Shown: piece by piece, positions 1-10,914 of the stretch | Layout: every line of letters starts with the position of its first letter | Position numbering within the stretch: position 1 is the stretch's first letter | From: Candidatus Omnitrophota bacterium | GTDB lineage: Bacteria; Omnitrophota; Gorgyraeia; Duberdicusellales; 4484-171 | Direction: 5' to 3' | Length of the DNA: 64,000 bases | NCBI GenBank assembly: GCA_037146775.1 | Contig: JBAWWL010000007.1 | Coordinates: forward strand, 65,536-129,535 | Position numbers and translations under genes: made by a program | Notes under the pieces: generated by a model | The model's input: only the letters and a program-made list of their open reading frames with translations | Told to the model about the DNA's origin: nothing | Database searches by the model: none

Positions 1-85
1 TAACGGTGACGATAGAATAAAAATGTGGAAGTTGTATTTTGAATATTGTAGTGATTTATTTCTATGAAGTGAGGCAATCCTCAGT

Positions 86-448
86 ATGGGGGGTTGCTAT
101 TTTAGGTGTTTAATGCCGGTTCATGAAAAAAGATTGGAAACATTATTTAAAGGCAAACATATAAATGAAGCAACTCTTAAAAAATATAAATGGTTTGACC
201 AGGGGTCTGATAATTACCATTTTGGATTTCCAAGAAAAGAAGGATTATGGCTAATTAGGCTCGAAACAGAAGTGGGTTGTTGCTCATGGCCCATATTGTT
301 TTTGATGACTAAGAATAGGGTGATAAAAAAGATATTTACTATGGTATGTGAAAATCATAATGATGGCTCGTATGACGAAATAGAAGTACCGTTTTTTGAT
401 GTTCATATAGAACAGGCAAAATCTTTAATAGAGAAGGTTATTAAATAA
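86..448 (+). CDS. hypothetical protein
   Basis: 120-aa ORF with GAGG upstream; no recognisable motif. Confidence 0.6.
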   Translation: MGGCYFRCLMPVHEKRLETLFKGKHINEATLKKYKWFDQGSDNYHFGFPRKEGLWLIRLETEVGCCSWPILFLMTKNRVIKKIFTMVCENHNDGSYDEIEVPFFDVHIEQAKSLIEKVIK

Positions 449-501
449 GAGATAATCAGATATCGGGATTAAACACCAATTGATAAAACAAAAGGAATAA
501 T

Positions 502-560
502 GGAACCAGACCCCAAAATTAAAAATTAACCGATGCCCGACGATTTCTTTAATTTTATGA
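502..560 (+). repeat. family A stub (AAAATTAAAAATTAACC + ATGCCCGACGAT)
   Basis: matches the leader and first codons of the Zn-ribbon mini-ORF at 6619. Confidence 0.75.
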
Positions 561-600
561 TGGAAAACGGGACATTTCGGTTAGATAAGGACGTAGTAAA

Positions 601-1129
601 ATGCCTAAATTTGTTGTAATTTCACCGACTCATATACCCGGCAAGAAAAGATATGCATGGGAAAATTTTAAAAAATGGTGGATATATTGCTACTTTCAGT
701 AAAATAAAAGAAGACTTATCGAATAAATCAATGAATGAAATATCAGAAATGCTTAAAAATGTTATCCCAGATAATCGAAAATCACGTGCTCAGAGGCTAA
801 AAGATTATGAAGCGTTTTTGTCACTTAATCACGGTGACTGCATTGCTGTAAATAACACAAACGATGGCTTATTTGGAATTGGAGTAATAGCTGGTAATTA
901 CTATTTCCGAAAAGACGGTCACAATACTGGCTCAACCAATCCCGAGGATTTCTACTGCCATTTTTATCCAGTCAAATGGCTTGTTACCACTTATTTAAAG
1001 AGAAATGAAATTGTAAGACAGGGCGAAAAAGGTTGGAAGCCTTATGGCATCATTGCTCCTTATTCTGATCTTCCTGGCTATATTAAAAGAATTCTTGATA
1101 AAAACGCAATAACGCTTAATGAAAAATAG
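601..1129 (+). pseudogene. frameshifted restriction-associated (McrB/Mrr N-terminal-like) protein
   Basis: ATG 601 (AAGGA RBS) gives MPKFVVISPTHIPGKKRYAWENF; a +1 shift at TTTTAAAAAA (~666-675) joins ORF 653..1129 (KNGGYIA...GDCIAV...GIGVI...PVKW). Confidence 0.55.
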
Positions 1130-1130
1130 T

Positions 1131-1332
1131 TGGTTCCGACCTCAAAATTAAAAATTAACCTAATGTCCGACGATCCACTTGATGAATTCTTGGAATGCGA
1201 TTTGCAATGGGGGCAGATAGTATAAAGTGCTCGCATTGCGGCGCCAGCATCTCGCGTAGCTTGTTTTTCGACGACGATGACGAAGAAGTCGAATATCCAA
1301 AATGCAGCAAGAAAGTAGAAAATAATGACTAA
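1131..1332 (+). pseudogene. family A Zn-ribbon mini-ORF copy, frameshifted
   Basis: aligns along its length with 6588-6789 and 46661-46841; a 1-nt loss after codon ~14 breaks the frame. Confidence 0.8.
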
Positions 1333-1406
1333 ATGCTTCAAGGCCCAGGTTTATAAAAAATATATGGTTTGCATTATTATATATCCATAAAAAGGAGATT
1401 TTTAAA

Positions 1407-3392
1407 ATGCTTATTAAGAAGCTTTCGAATGATGAAATATTGAAGCGTAAAATTGTGCGATTGTTAAAGAAACTAAAGCTTGAGTCTTGTCGTAATAAGA
1501 AGATTAATGTTTATGTAAATAAGGTATGTGAGATTTTTAAATTATATGATGGAGAAAAGTTAGGCTTAGAAAAACTTTACGATTATGATGATATTGTAAA
1601 CTTTGCTGATTATTTAGAATCAATTTCAGGAGATTTATTGGGCATAACTAGAGGAAAAAAGAATAGGCCTGGTAATATTGGTAAAATGCTAATTTATTTA
1701 TTCGTCTTATTATACTCTAAAAAGGTTAGCAAAGGATTTAGTATATATATGGGAATGGTTTTTCCGGAACTTGCTCAAGTTCCAAAATTAAAACAGAATC
1801 AAATAAAGCATGCTATTGAATTAATTTTGGTGCTGAGTGAATTTCAAATAGAACTTAATGAGAAATATAAAAAAATAGATAACTTTTCAGTGGAGTTGTT
1901 TAGCGAGATGGCTGGGAAAAGTTTACGCTTTATCATCGAATATTTTATCCAAAACAACAGCTTTGAAGATTGGAAAAAGTATTTTACGATTAAAGAGAAA
2001 AACTGTATTTGCGAAAAAAACTTTCGAAGGTTGAAATTTATTTTGAATTTGCTTGCAACGGGAGCGCTATTGCAACAGAAGCATTATGGTTTACTTGGTT
2101 CAGAAGCTCAGAAGCCAGTCGAGTATTTTTCCAATGTTGCTTTATTGGCAAGAAGTATTTTAGAACTCAAGGACATTAATAGCGCAAGCATACTATATCA
2201 TTCCGTTCATGACGCTATAGCGAATCATAGGGTTTCAGTGGAAAATATAGCCGAATTAGCCACGCTGTGCATCGGTGGACCAGAAAGAGAACCCGTTAGG
2301 CAAATACTACGGATTTATTTTAATTCCAAGGAAAAAACTTTTCTTAGCCAAGTTTTCATGCCAGTTGTTAGCGGAGAACTTAAGATGGATGTTTTTTTAA
2401 ATTTCTTTGGTGATACGCTACTATGCCACTCAATATTAAAAGCAGAAGTTTTGCAGGATTTGCTGAGCTATCTCGAAGAGAAGGGGATATGTAACGAGTA
2501 TTATGATTATTTGTGCAATCTTCTAGGTAAGCAACCAAAGAGTTTATCTAATAATATTGGAATGATTCTGAAGGATTCTTGCAGCGATGAAGAGAAAAAC
2601 CGTAAATTATTTATGATAAAAGGTAATAGAAATATCATGAATTTTCTCGCTATATTTCAAGAGAGCGAATGTAAGAATTATGATGACCATTTTAGCAATA
2701 CCTATTTAGTGAGATGGTTGGCTAATCAACTGCTTAATGATTTTATCGAACCCTCTAGCGATTTCAAAAATTTGATTTTAGATAAAAATATCTTGAAAGT
2801 ATTCAAAGAAACTATAAAGATCAAAAGTATGGAAGCGACAGAACTGATTAAGGCCAATATACAAAAAGACACGGAAGTTCAAGATAAAAGCAGAACTATC
2901 GGATGTTTATCTAAAGAATTGGAAGCCTTAAAATTTAAAAATAATGAAATTTCTAAGGAAAATAACAATTATGTTGAACTTTTAAAACAATTCGAAGAAA
3001 AGTTAAATATGCAGGAAAATAGATATAGGGAAGATTTAGAAGCGCTGAAGAAAAGTTATCGTATAAACGAAAATAGAAATAGCGAAGCAGCCAGACATGC
3101 CTTATTGATGCGTCTAATAAGAATCTCAGATAGGTTTAATGCGATGAAGAATGATAAGGCGAATATAAATTTAAGTTCTATTATGGTTTTGCTTGATGAG
3201 GAACTTGCTAATGAAAATATAGAATCATTTGGCGAAATAGGAGAAGAAATAGTATTTGATGAAAAAATTCATACTCCGGTTGAGGTATCTCGTTCGGAAT
3301 ACTATCTAGGGAAGTATGTGGTTATCCTTGAAAGAGGTTACATACTTAAGAGTGGAGAAGTAATTAAAAAAGCTATTGTTAAGCCGTTATAG
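1407..3392 (+). CDS. large helical protein with coiled coil and C-terminal GrpE-like beta domain
   Basis: C-terminus GEIGEEIVFDEKIHTPV...VVILERGYILKSGEVIKKAIVK resembles the GrpE G..FDP..H...V...GY......LR.A.V pattern; AAGGAG RBS. Confidence 0.65.
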   Translation: MLIKKLSNDEILKRKIVRLLKKLKLESCRNKKINVYVNKVCEIFKLYDGEKLGLEKLYDYDDIVNFADYLESISGDLLGITRGKKNRPGNIGKMLIYLFVLLYSKKVSKGFSIYMGMVFPELAQVPKLKQNQIKHAIELILVLSEFQIELNEKYKKIDNFSVELFSEMAGKSLRFIIEYFIQNNSFEDWKKYFTIKEKNCICEKNFRRLKFILNLLATGALLQQKHYGLLGSEAQKPVEYFSNVALLARSILELKDINSASILYHSVHDAIANHRVSVENIAELATLCIGGPEREPVRQILRIYFNSKEKTFLSQVFMPVVSGELKMDVFLNFFGDTLLCHSILKAEVLQDLLSYLEEKGICNEYYDYLCNLLGKQPKSLSNNIGMILKDSCSDEEKNRKLFMIKGNRNIMNFLAIFQESECKNYDDHFSNTYLVRWLANQLLNDFIEPSSDFKNLILDKNILKVFKETIKIKSMEATELIKANIQKDTEVQDKSRTIGCLSKELEALKFKNNEISKENNNYVELLKQFEEKLNMQENRYREDLEALKKSYRINENRNSEAARHALLMRLIRISDRFNAMKNDKANINLSSIMVLLDEELANENIESFGEIGEEIVFDEKIHTPVEVSRSEYYLGKYVVILERGYILKSGEVIKKAIVKPL

Positions 3393-3394
3393 GT

Positions 3395-5377
3395 GTGATG
3401 TTGATGAAAAATATTTTCCTAGAATTATTGAAATGGGTAAAGAGTTTCTTAGATGGGGTGATAAAGTATCTAGAGAAACCCGCGGCAAATGCTGTTAGAT
3501 ATAATAATGATAGAATGAAGAAGGATTCGTTTCGGAAGGTAACGAACGAAAACGATATTGGTAGCGAGATTAATTCGGAGGTGGTAACGATGAGTTATCA
3601 TGAAAATAGAACAGAAGATATTGTTGGATTGAAAACTAATTTTGACCACGTCACGAAATATCCAGAAGCATCGAAAGTAAACACAAGTGTTTTAGAAAAT
3701 GAGAAAATATATAAAGCAATCGACTATGAGAATTATCTTTTTGGAATAGATCTCGGAACATCAAGTACCAAGATATCTTATAATAAGGGGAGAGGTGGAG
3801 AGCATACCGTGATTAAAATTGGTAAGAATGGTTTTGATTTCCAAATGCCATCGCTAGTATATTCTAAAAACGGGGAGATAAAAGTTGGTGAGGACATAGA
3901 GTTTTTTGAAGAGACAGAACGTAGTCGCCACATCAAGTTGAAGCTAGGGATGATAAATAAACTTTCCGAGCAAGAAAAGAGGGAAGTCTCAGATGTGCTC
4001 ACTGAAATATTTAAGGAGGTTATAAAAAGAGTATCCAACTCGAGAGAGTTTAGTGGTTTGGAACCAGGGAAAATGAGCGTTAATATAAGCACTTCCTCAA
4101 CTTTTGACCTTGAAGCGAGACAGTTGTTTCTTGCTTCTGCTCAAAGTGCAGGGCTAACTAAAGTTAGTTTTGACAACGTTGTAGAGGAACCTATCGCCGC
4201 AGGATTGGCATATATAGAGACATATAATCCCACCAGAGAGCCATTATATATTCTAGTTTGTGATTATGGAGGAGGAACATTCGATTGTAGCCTTATTTCT
4301 ATAAGGACAAGAGTTAAAGGGGAAAACGAAGTAAAGGAAGTGAATGTGTTGGCTACCGCAGGAGTATTAAACTGCGGAGGAGTCGCGATTGACTCTTTAT
4401 TATATAAGTATTTTTTGGCGCAACTCAATTTAGAAGAAAAATCGATAGATACATATAAGCGGTTGCGTTTATTAAAAGAGACAGAAGAAATAAAAAAGGC
4501 CCTTTCAACGAAGGAAATTGTCGAAAAGAATGTATCCGATATTATCAATAGTGATAATAAAAAAATAGTTTGCGAGAGGGCTGTTCTTGATAGAATAATT
4601 GACGAAACGCAAATCCTAAATAATTCATTAAAGGCTATCGAGTGGGTTATAAGAGTTGGCGTAAGTTCAAACAATCTGGAAATAGCAGATTATGATGTTT
4701 TTCATCCGAGTCTAGAAGAAAAGATTCCGTCTAACATCAAGATCTTATTTGTGGGCGGTACGAGCAATATACCATACATAAAGGAAATTATTCAAAGAAA
4801 ACTTAACTTGGCAGATAATAAAGTGATTACTAAAGATGAATTTCCTCGAGATCCTATAGAGGCAGTTGTATTAGGGGATTCATACAGCCGTGCCTTCGGG
4901 GGTATTAACTTGAATCGACCGCCATATCGAATTATATTAGAAATAAACGATAAAATGTATCAAATCCAGGAATGTTTCGAAGGGTTTCTTACTTACAAAA
5001 TGGGTCAGTCAAACAATAATTTTGCTAATTTAGCTATTAAAAGATGGCAAGATTATTTTAGTGGAAAAATAAGTGTTAGGGTTTATTTTTGTGATCATGC
5101 GAATCGACGTTATAAATTTTTTAAAGAACAAGGTGCTTATTGGCAATCAAAAGAGGAAGATAAATTTGATATACTAGAAGATAGGCAATGTAGAATAGAA
5201 ATAGTGCGGAGTATTGATGGTAAAATCATAGTTCGGGTAATTCCGCAAGACGGAGCGTCACGTAACATATGTAGTTATGCTTCTCCTTGGTGTACTGATA
5301 ACGACTTGTCTAATCTATCTACATGGTTTTTTTCGTATAATATTAATTGGCAAGGGAGAAATGATGAACCGGGATAA
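3395..5377 (+). CDS. divergent Hsp70-family (DnaK-like ATPase domain) protein
   Basis: GIDLGTS, EEPIAAG, DYGGGTFD and VGGTSNIP actin-fold motifs; no canonical DnaK linker or substrate-binding domain. Confidence 0.85.
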   Translation: MMLMKNIFLELLKWVKSFLDGVIKYLEKPAANAVRYNNDRMKKDSFRKVTNENDIGSEINSEVVTMSYHENRTEDIVGLKTNFDHVTKYPEASKVNTSVLENEKIYKAIDYENYLFGIDLGTSSTKISYNKGRGGEHTVIKIGKNGFDFQMPSLVYSKNGEIKVGEDIEFFEETERSRHIKLKLGMINKLSEQEKREVSDVLTEIFKEVIKRVSNSREFSGLEPGKMSVNISTSSTFDLEARQLFLASAQSAGLTKVSFDNVVEEPIAAGLAYIETYNPTREPLYILVCDYGGGTFDCSLISIRTRVKGENEVKEVNVLATAGVLNCGGVAIDSLLYKYFLAQLNLEEKSIDTYKRLRLLKETEEIKKALSTKEIVEKNVSDIINSDNKKIVCERAVLDRIIDETQILNNSLKAIEWVIRVGVSSNNLEIADYDVFHPSLEEKIPSNIKILFVGGTSNIPYIKEIIQRKLNLADNKVITKDEFPRDPIEAVVLGDSYSRAFGGINLNRPPYRIILEINDKMYQIQECFEGFLTYKMGQSNNNFANLAIKRWQDYFSGKISVRVYFCDHANRRYKFFKEQGAYWQSKEEDKFDILEDRQCRIEIVRSIDGKIIVRVIPQDGASRNICSYASPWCTDNDLSNLSTWFFSYNINWQGRNDEPG

Positions 5378-5675
5378 ATAAAATAACGGGGTTCAGGCTT
5401 TGAATATTGAATTTAATTGACAATAGGGAAAAAACGGGTCCTATTGAAGGTGGAAAAGAGGGGTATTCGAAATGGAAGATTAGACTGACAAAAGGATCAA
5501 GGCCAGAGCAAATATAAAATTAATTAGCTGCAATTATAAATATGAGAGAAACGGTGTCGCAAACTAAATGGCAGTCGTGATTATGTGGCCGGAAAGCAAG
5601 TGGAAAGGATAGGAAATATTTTAGTGTTAGCGTAATGAGATAAATTTTTAAATTATTAATTTCTAAATTACTTTT

Positions 5676-6575
5676 ATGGATTATCAGAGAATATTGAAGA
5701 AAGAATTGCTTGAAAAATTAAAAAGATATTTTGAATTAGGGGACCAGCTTTGTCGAATTCAGGCCGAAGATGGGTTTATAGCGTCTTTATCCCTCGAAGA
5801 AAAAGAAGTATTCTTCGATCCGCCCGAAGTAGAATGTTCTGATGAGGCCTTGCCGGGTGATAGGGAGGAAATACCGGAAGAAATAGAAAAGCAGTTTGAA
5901 GAGAGTAAGAAGACGCTCAATTTTACATTTTTAGGTATCCCTAATCAACATAAAAAGTTGCTTGATGAATTTCTTATTCTTCAGAATGAAATTAGTTGCT
6001 TGATGGTTGAATGTAAATATTATCCTCTCACAGGAATTGACGATAAAAGTTTTGAATTATTAAGGAGAAAAACTCCTGCCCAAGAGATTAACATTAGTGA
6101 AGCAATACCGTCAGAGGATAGTATAGAAAAGTTTCTCGAAGAGAGAATGATTACGGAAGCTGAAGAAGTAAAAAAGCGCATAAAAAGTATTGCTCCTTTA
6201 TTTTTAGATTTTCAAATAGATCCAACAACGCTTTATTTCTATCAACAAGTTTTACGGTGTTATACCTATGGAATGTTTGAAGCCAGTTGCGTTTTAGGTC
6301 GAGCGATCACGGAAACTATCGCAAAGAAGTATATTAGGTATAAAGATTATGGTCATTTACTGGTGGATAAGGATAAGGAAAATAAGACCATGTCTGTGCA
6401 GGCTATACTTAAAAATATTTTGGCCATCGACACAGATATTGTCTCACTGTACAGTAAAATTGGGAATATAGCCGATAATATATTACACAGAAAAGATATG
6501 GTTAATGAAGAGAGGACTTTTGAGGTAATAAAATTATTGCAAGAATTTTTGAAACAATTTCCAAAGTCAATATAA
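5676..6575 (+). CDS. protein with C-terminal DUF4145/HEPN-like domain
   Basis: RCYTYGMFEASCVLGRAITE ... IGNIADNILH pattern. Confidence 0.55.
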   Translation: MDYQRILKKELLEKLKRYFELGDQLCRIQAEDGFIASLSLEEKEVFFDPPEVECSDEALPGDREEIPEEIEKQFEESKKTLNFTFLGIPNQHKKLLDEFLILQNEISCLMVECKYYPLTGIDDKSFELLRRKTPAQEINISEAIPSEDSIEKFLEERMITEAEEVKKRIKSIAPLFLDFQIDPTTLYFYQQVLRCYTYGMFEASCVLGRAITETIAKKYIRYKDYGHLLVDKDKENKTMSVQAILKNILAIDTDIVSLYSKIGNIADNILHRKDMVNEERTFEVIKLLQEFLKQFPKSI

Positions 6576-6618
6576 GCAACGGGAAAATGGATTAAGGCCT
6601 CGAAATTAGAAATTACCA

Positions 6619-6789
6619 ATGCCCGACGATCCGCTTGATGATTTTTTAGGATACGATTTCGCGATGGGGACAGATAGCGTAAAGTGCCCGCATTGCGGTC
6701 ATAGTATATCGCGCAGCCTCTTTTTCGACAACGATGACGACGAAATCACATGCCCCAAGTGCGGCAAGAAAGTAGAAGGTAATGAATAA
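6619..6789 (+). CDS. 56-aa Zn-ribbon mini-protein (family A, intact copy)
   Basis: MPDDPLDDFLGYDFAMGTDSVKCPHCGHSISRSLFFDNDDDEITCPKCGKKVEGNE; two CxxC motifs; stop overlaps the next ATG; absent from the ORF track. Confidence 0.75.
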   Translation: MPDDPLDDFLGYDFAMGTDSVKCPHCGHSISRSLFFDNDDDEITCPKCGKKVEGNE

Positions 6790-7690
6790 GAACCAATTAA
6801 TAATTAGCTGCCTGGTTACACTAATTTTTACTTATACCGCTTTTGCCCAACAGTCAAGTCCTCCAGAAAGCTCACAGTCGGAGAAAGTATCTATCCGAAC
6901 ATACCAATTATAAGGCATTCTTTATTCTGAAACCAATCCTTCCGTAATCATCGGTGGAGCAATCTATGAACCTAACGATAGTGTAGAAGGGTATACTATT
7001 ATAAATATTTTGCCTACCAAAGTTATAATTAAATCTCAAGAAGGATTGAAAAGCTATGTAGTAGGAGAAACTATATTTAAGAGGGCTGAAAAAGTTCCTC
7101 CAGAAAAGTTAAAGGTAAATAAAGCCAGCGCAAAAACGAATGAAAATCAAAAAGAAGTTTTGCAGAAAGAAACTATTCGTACGGGAGACTCCAAAGACCG
7201 CGCCAAGCATTACATTCAAGCAAAAGAATATGTTTCTTCTGCTAACGTAAGTATTCAACAAGCAGAATTATTTTCTTCTTTCGTGAATATCAGATTTCAA
7301 GGATTAAATGATTATTTCCTTTGGGCGCTTAATCATCTTAGTAAAGTAAAGCAAATTGATTCTCGCAATAATCATTATCTCAGTGATGCCAAAGAAGATG
7401 TCTTGAAGAGTTTCAAAGAATTAGAAACTTTGGTAGAGGAACAAATGGAAAATGTAGTAAAAGAATTTCGGTTATCTCGCGATTCTTATCAAAAGGCAGT
7501 ACTTGAGGCTCAGTATTCCAGAGAAACAGATCTTTTAGACGCAAACGAGAATAACGAGATGCTTTATGTCATTACTAAAGGCAGAGAAATGGAATTATTC
7601 GTCGACGGCAAGAAGAATGAATATGGACGTAAAATAGATAGTATGCATGAAGATATTAAGCAGATGTTACATCGATTGGAATATCCATAG
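6782..7690 (+). pseudogene. secreted protein with GspB/T2SS-like beta domain, interrupted by in-frame TAA 6911-6913
   Basis: MNKNQLIISCLVTLIFTYTAFA signal peptide, then YQL*GILYSETNPSVIIGG..YEPNDSVEGYTIINILP in frame with ORF 7010..7690. Confidence 0.65.
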
Positions 7691-8606
7691 AGATTTTATG
7701 GTCTTCCCCCTAAACAATGAACATAACGGAGAGTTGATACCTGTAGAGCAATTGGTAACTCTATCCCCGAGCCAAAAACGATTGTATTTACTGCCAATTT
7801 GCTAGAAATCCAAGCCTGTCAAAAGACTAAATTCAGAATACCCTAATAAAATCTCCTAGAACTATTATCTGTCCTCAAAATATCTTCATTTCCAAGTACT
7901 TTTTTATCTTTTTAAACCTTCCAAGAAAATAATTTTTTTTCTCTCTATTCCTAACCCCTTGTGCATAAAGAGATTGTAAATTTTCGGATAATTCAAGGTA
8001 AATAAGAATTTCATTTGATGGCTACCATAAACCTTTGCGTAAGAATGAATTATAAAAATTTTAATTTTTTTTCTGAAAATGGTCAAAAAGTTTATATAAC
8101 GTAATTGAGGGGACATGAATTGTCTATTTACAAAATTTACTGTCTTAAAATTAAAAAAATCCTTATTTTTCAATGGTTTTTTAAATAAAATAATTAAAAA
8201 GCATTGAAAAATATAGCTTTTATATTTTTATTGGCCTGAAAATTGCTAATTTTTAAAAAAATAATCATGCAAAAATGCAGTAAAATCAATGGTTTTCAAC
8301 TTTCTTTGAAAGGGGTATACCTTTTTTTCAAAGATAAACTTATATATATTATAGATGGGGCAGATTCTCTAAAAAATGGGCGTCTGCAAAAATTAACCAA
8401 AAACACATTTAATTGCAATAAAGGAGGTAAGGCATGTAAAACTATCAAGTATTAAGGGGGATTATGTCCTATTAACCGGGCTCAGAATACTTTAAGGGGG
8501 TGGTAAAGGTGTATTAAAATTGCAACAAGTACGATGGGGAGCAGATTAATAACAACTTTTCTATGTCTGGTGGCTAAAAAATATTATCAAACGAGGAGGT
8601 TAATTT

Positions 8607-8966
8607 ATGAAAGTTACCAAGAAGATAACCGAGAGTGGTATTCGTTTATGGCTTTTATGCTTTACAAAAAAAGAGGTTAATTACGATGGGTATAAAAGAA
8701 TAGCTATCTTTTTGAAAGTTGTTGAGAATATTTTTACTAAAGAATTACTTAAAAGAACCAAAGAAAAAATAGTCCTGCCCGGTTTTGAATTTTATCCTTT
8801 CAGTATTGATTATGACATGCTTAAGAAGCGTGATAGTGGCGGATTATGCTTACACATAGCAACAATAAGCTATCAGAACGAAATTTATAGCGTAACTGGG
8901 AAGATTGCGACTGAGAAAGGTGATTTGATGGGGGATATTAGATTAGGGTATGTGCCAAAGCATTAA
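8607..8966 (+). CDS. hypothetical protein
   Basis: 119 aa, strong GAGGAGG RBS. Confidence 0.6.
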   Translation: MKVTKKITESGIRLWLLCFTKKEVNYDGYKRIAIFLKVVENIFTKELLKRTKEKIVLPGFEFYPFSIDYDMLKKRDSGGLCLHIATISYQNEIYSVTGKIATEKGDLMGDIRLGYVPKH

Positions 8967-8992
8967 TAAAAATTAAACTGTAGGAGGAAAAA

Positions 8993-10243
8993 ATGAAAGT
9001 AGAAAAAATCAAAATTAATCAAATCAATCCAGCACCATATAATCCAAGGGTTATGGAGAGTGTGGAATTCGAGAAACTTAAACAAAGCATAGTTACCTTT
9101 GGTTTTCAGGACCCGATAATATGGAATCAGGAAACTGGATACGCGGTTGGCGGAAACATGAGATTAAGAGCCTTGATTGACTTAGGCTTTAAAGAGGTAG
9201 ATGTAGTCGTAGTTAATTTATCGCTAGCAAAAGAAAAATTATTTAATATCGCTCTGAACAAAATCTCCGGGAAGTTTGATTTAGAAAAGCTAGCTCCTCT
9301 GCTAGAAGAGCTATCGAAAATGCCGGATATCAATTTTGAATTAAGCGGGTTCGACGTCCCCGAATTGTCAGAGATTCTCGATCGTTACAATGAAGCAAAA
9401 GAAGATGATTTTGATACAGAGAAAGTAGTTGAGTCAATTGTTGAGCCGGTCACTAGAAGAGGAGATATCATTGAGTTAGGGAATCACATCGTTCTCTGCG
9501 GTGATGCTTCTAACCCTGAAGATTTAAATCTGCTAATGGGTACTCATTCGGCAGACATGTTGGATGTAGATGTACCCTACAATGTTTCGTACATGGGAGG
9601 AGACCGCCCAAATTCGAATACCCGTCCGAAGAAATCGCGGCAATGGGAAAAAATCTATTCTGATGATATGCCACAGCCGGAATATGAAGCCTGGATGCGT
9701 AAAGTATTTGGAAACGTTAAAGAGCATCTTAAGCTAGGTGCCGCGGCATATTTTTGGCAAGGTCACCGCCAGATATCTCCAATGTATCAGATTTTGCTTG
9801 AGCTTGGGTTTCACATCTCTTCGATCATATGTTGGCTGAAGGAATCAGCGGCCATCTCATATGGCGACTACTCATTTAGGAGCGAGCATGCGCTGTATGG
9901 CTGGTTAGAGGGTGCGCCGCATTACTTCGCGGGAAAACCCGGCTGTAGCAATGTCTGGGAAGTCAATCGCGATCCGACTAAGCAATATATTCATCCAACC
10001 CAGAAACCAGTAGAATTAGCAGCCATAGCCATACGTAACAGTTCTAAAATAGGAGGCATTGTCTTAGATTGTTGTATCGGCGGAGGCGGTGTATTGATAG
10101 CCGCAGAAAGCCTTAATCGCAGATGTTTCGGTATGGAGATCTCCCCTAAGTATTGCGATGCTCTCACACTCCGCTATATCGCCTATGTGGGGCAAGATAA
10201 GGTTTCCGAGGAGATTAAGCGTAAATACTCGAAGGGGGTATAG
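8993..10243 (+). CDS. ParB-like domain + N6/N4 DNA methyltransferase (phage-type)
   Basis: PAPYNPR ParB motif; DVPYN (DPPY variant), HPTQKP, VLDCCIGGG (FxGxG variant). Confidence 0.85.
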   Translation: MKVEKIKINQINPAPYNPRVMESVEFEKLKQSIVTFGFQDPIIWNQETGYAVGGNMRLRALIDLGFKEVDVVVVNLSLAKEKLFNIALNKISGKFDLEKLAPLLEELSKMPDINFELSGFDVPELSEILDRYNEAKEDDFDTEKVVESIVEPVTRRGDIIELGNHIVLCGDASNPEDLNLLMGTHSADMLDVDVPYNVSYMGGDRPNSNTRPKKSRQWEKIYSDDMPQPEYEAWMRKVFGNVKEHLKLGAAAYFWQGHRQISPMYQILLELGFHISSIICWLKESAAISYGDYSFRSEHALYGWLEGAPHYFAGKPGCSNVWEVNRDPTKQYIHPTQKPVELAAIAIRNSSKIGGIVLDCCIGGGGVLIAAESLNRRCFGMEISPKYCDALTLRYIAYVGQDKVSEEIKRKYSKGV

Positions 10244-10245
10244 TC

Positions 10246-10914
10246 ATGGAAGATAAGCATATTAAAGATAATGAGATTTCAGTTCATGATGTGTTAAATA
10301 AAATCAAAGACGGTATGCTTGACCCGCGGATTCTTTCCAAGGATGATCGCCAAGCATGCGTAGAAACGTTGACGCTTGAGGGCTTACAGGCATCAGCCAT
10401 AGCGCAGCTTCTTAAGAAAAGTGATAAGACTATTGCCAGGGATATTAAGGAGATAAATGCTAAGAATGCTCTATCGCCTAATGTGGACTTTGTTAAAGAA
10501 ACTGTAGGCCGATTCCTTAAGATGTCGCTAAACCATCACAGCTACCTCATGCGTCTTGCGCGCAACAAGGAGGCAACGATTTCAGAGCGGGCGCTTTCCG
10601 AAGCATCCGCATGGAAGGTTTTGGAAGGCACTATTCAGCGGTTTCAGGCTCTAGGGTATTTGCCTTCCCAGCCAGCACAGGTGGTTGGGAGCTTTTTTCA
10701 TCACATGGATACAGGTAGTGAAGTAAGTGCAAATGATATGAGAAAGACGCTTGCAAGCATTGAAGCCGCAGCCAAGGAAGCAGGTATTTTAGATGCCGAA
10801 ACAGCAAAGAGAATAGATTCTCTTAATGCCAGAATCGAAAAAACAGAAATTGCACAGGAAATAAAGCAGCTTGAAGAAAAACCTACCGAACAGAAGGAGA
10901 AAAGCCATGAATAA
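10246..10914 (+). CDS. HTH protein, small-terminase-like position
   Basis: ASAIAQLLKKSDKTIARDI HTH; overlaps the TerL start. Confidence 0.6.
   Translation: MEDKHIKDNEISVHDVLNKIKDGMLDPRILSKDDRQACVETLTLEGLQASAIAQLLKKSDKTIARDIKEINAKNALSPNVDFVKETVGRFLKMSLNHHSYLMRLARNKEATISERALSEASAWKVLEGTIQRFQALGYLPSQPAQVVGSFFHHMDTGSEVSANDMRKTLASIEAAAKEAGILDAETAKRIDSLNARIEKTEIAQEIKQLEEKPTEQKEKSHE

Noticed and set aside
3395-5377. Housekeeping dnaK
   Set aside because: Lacks the canonical linker and substrate-binding domain, is highly divergent, and has no dnaJ or hrcA nearby
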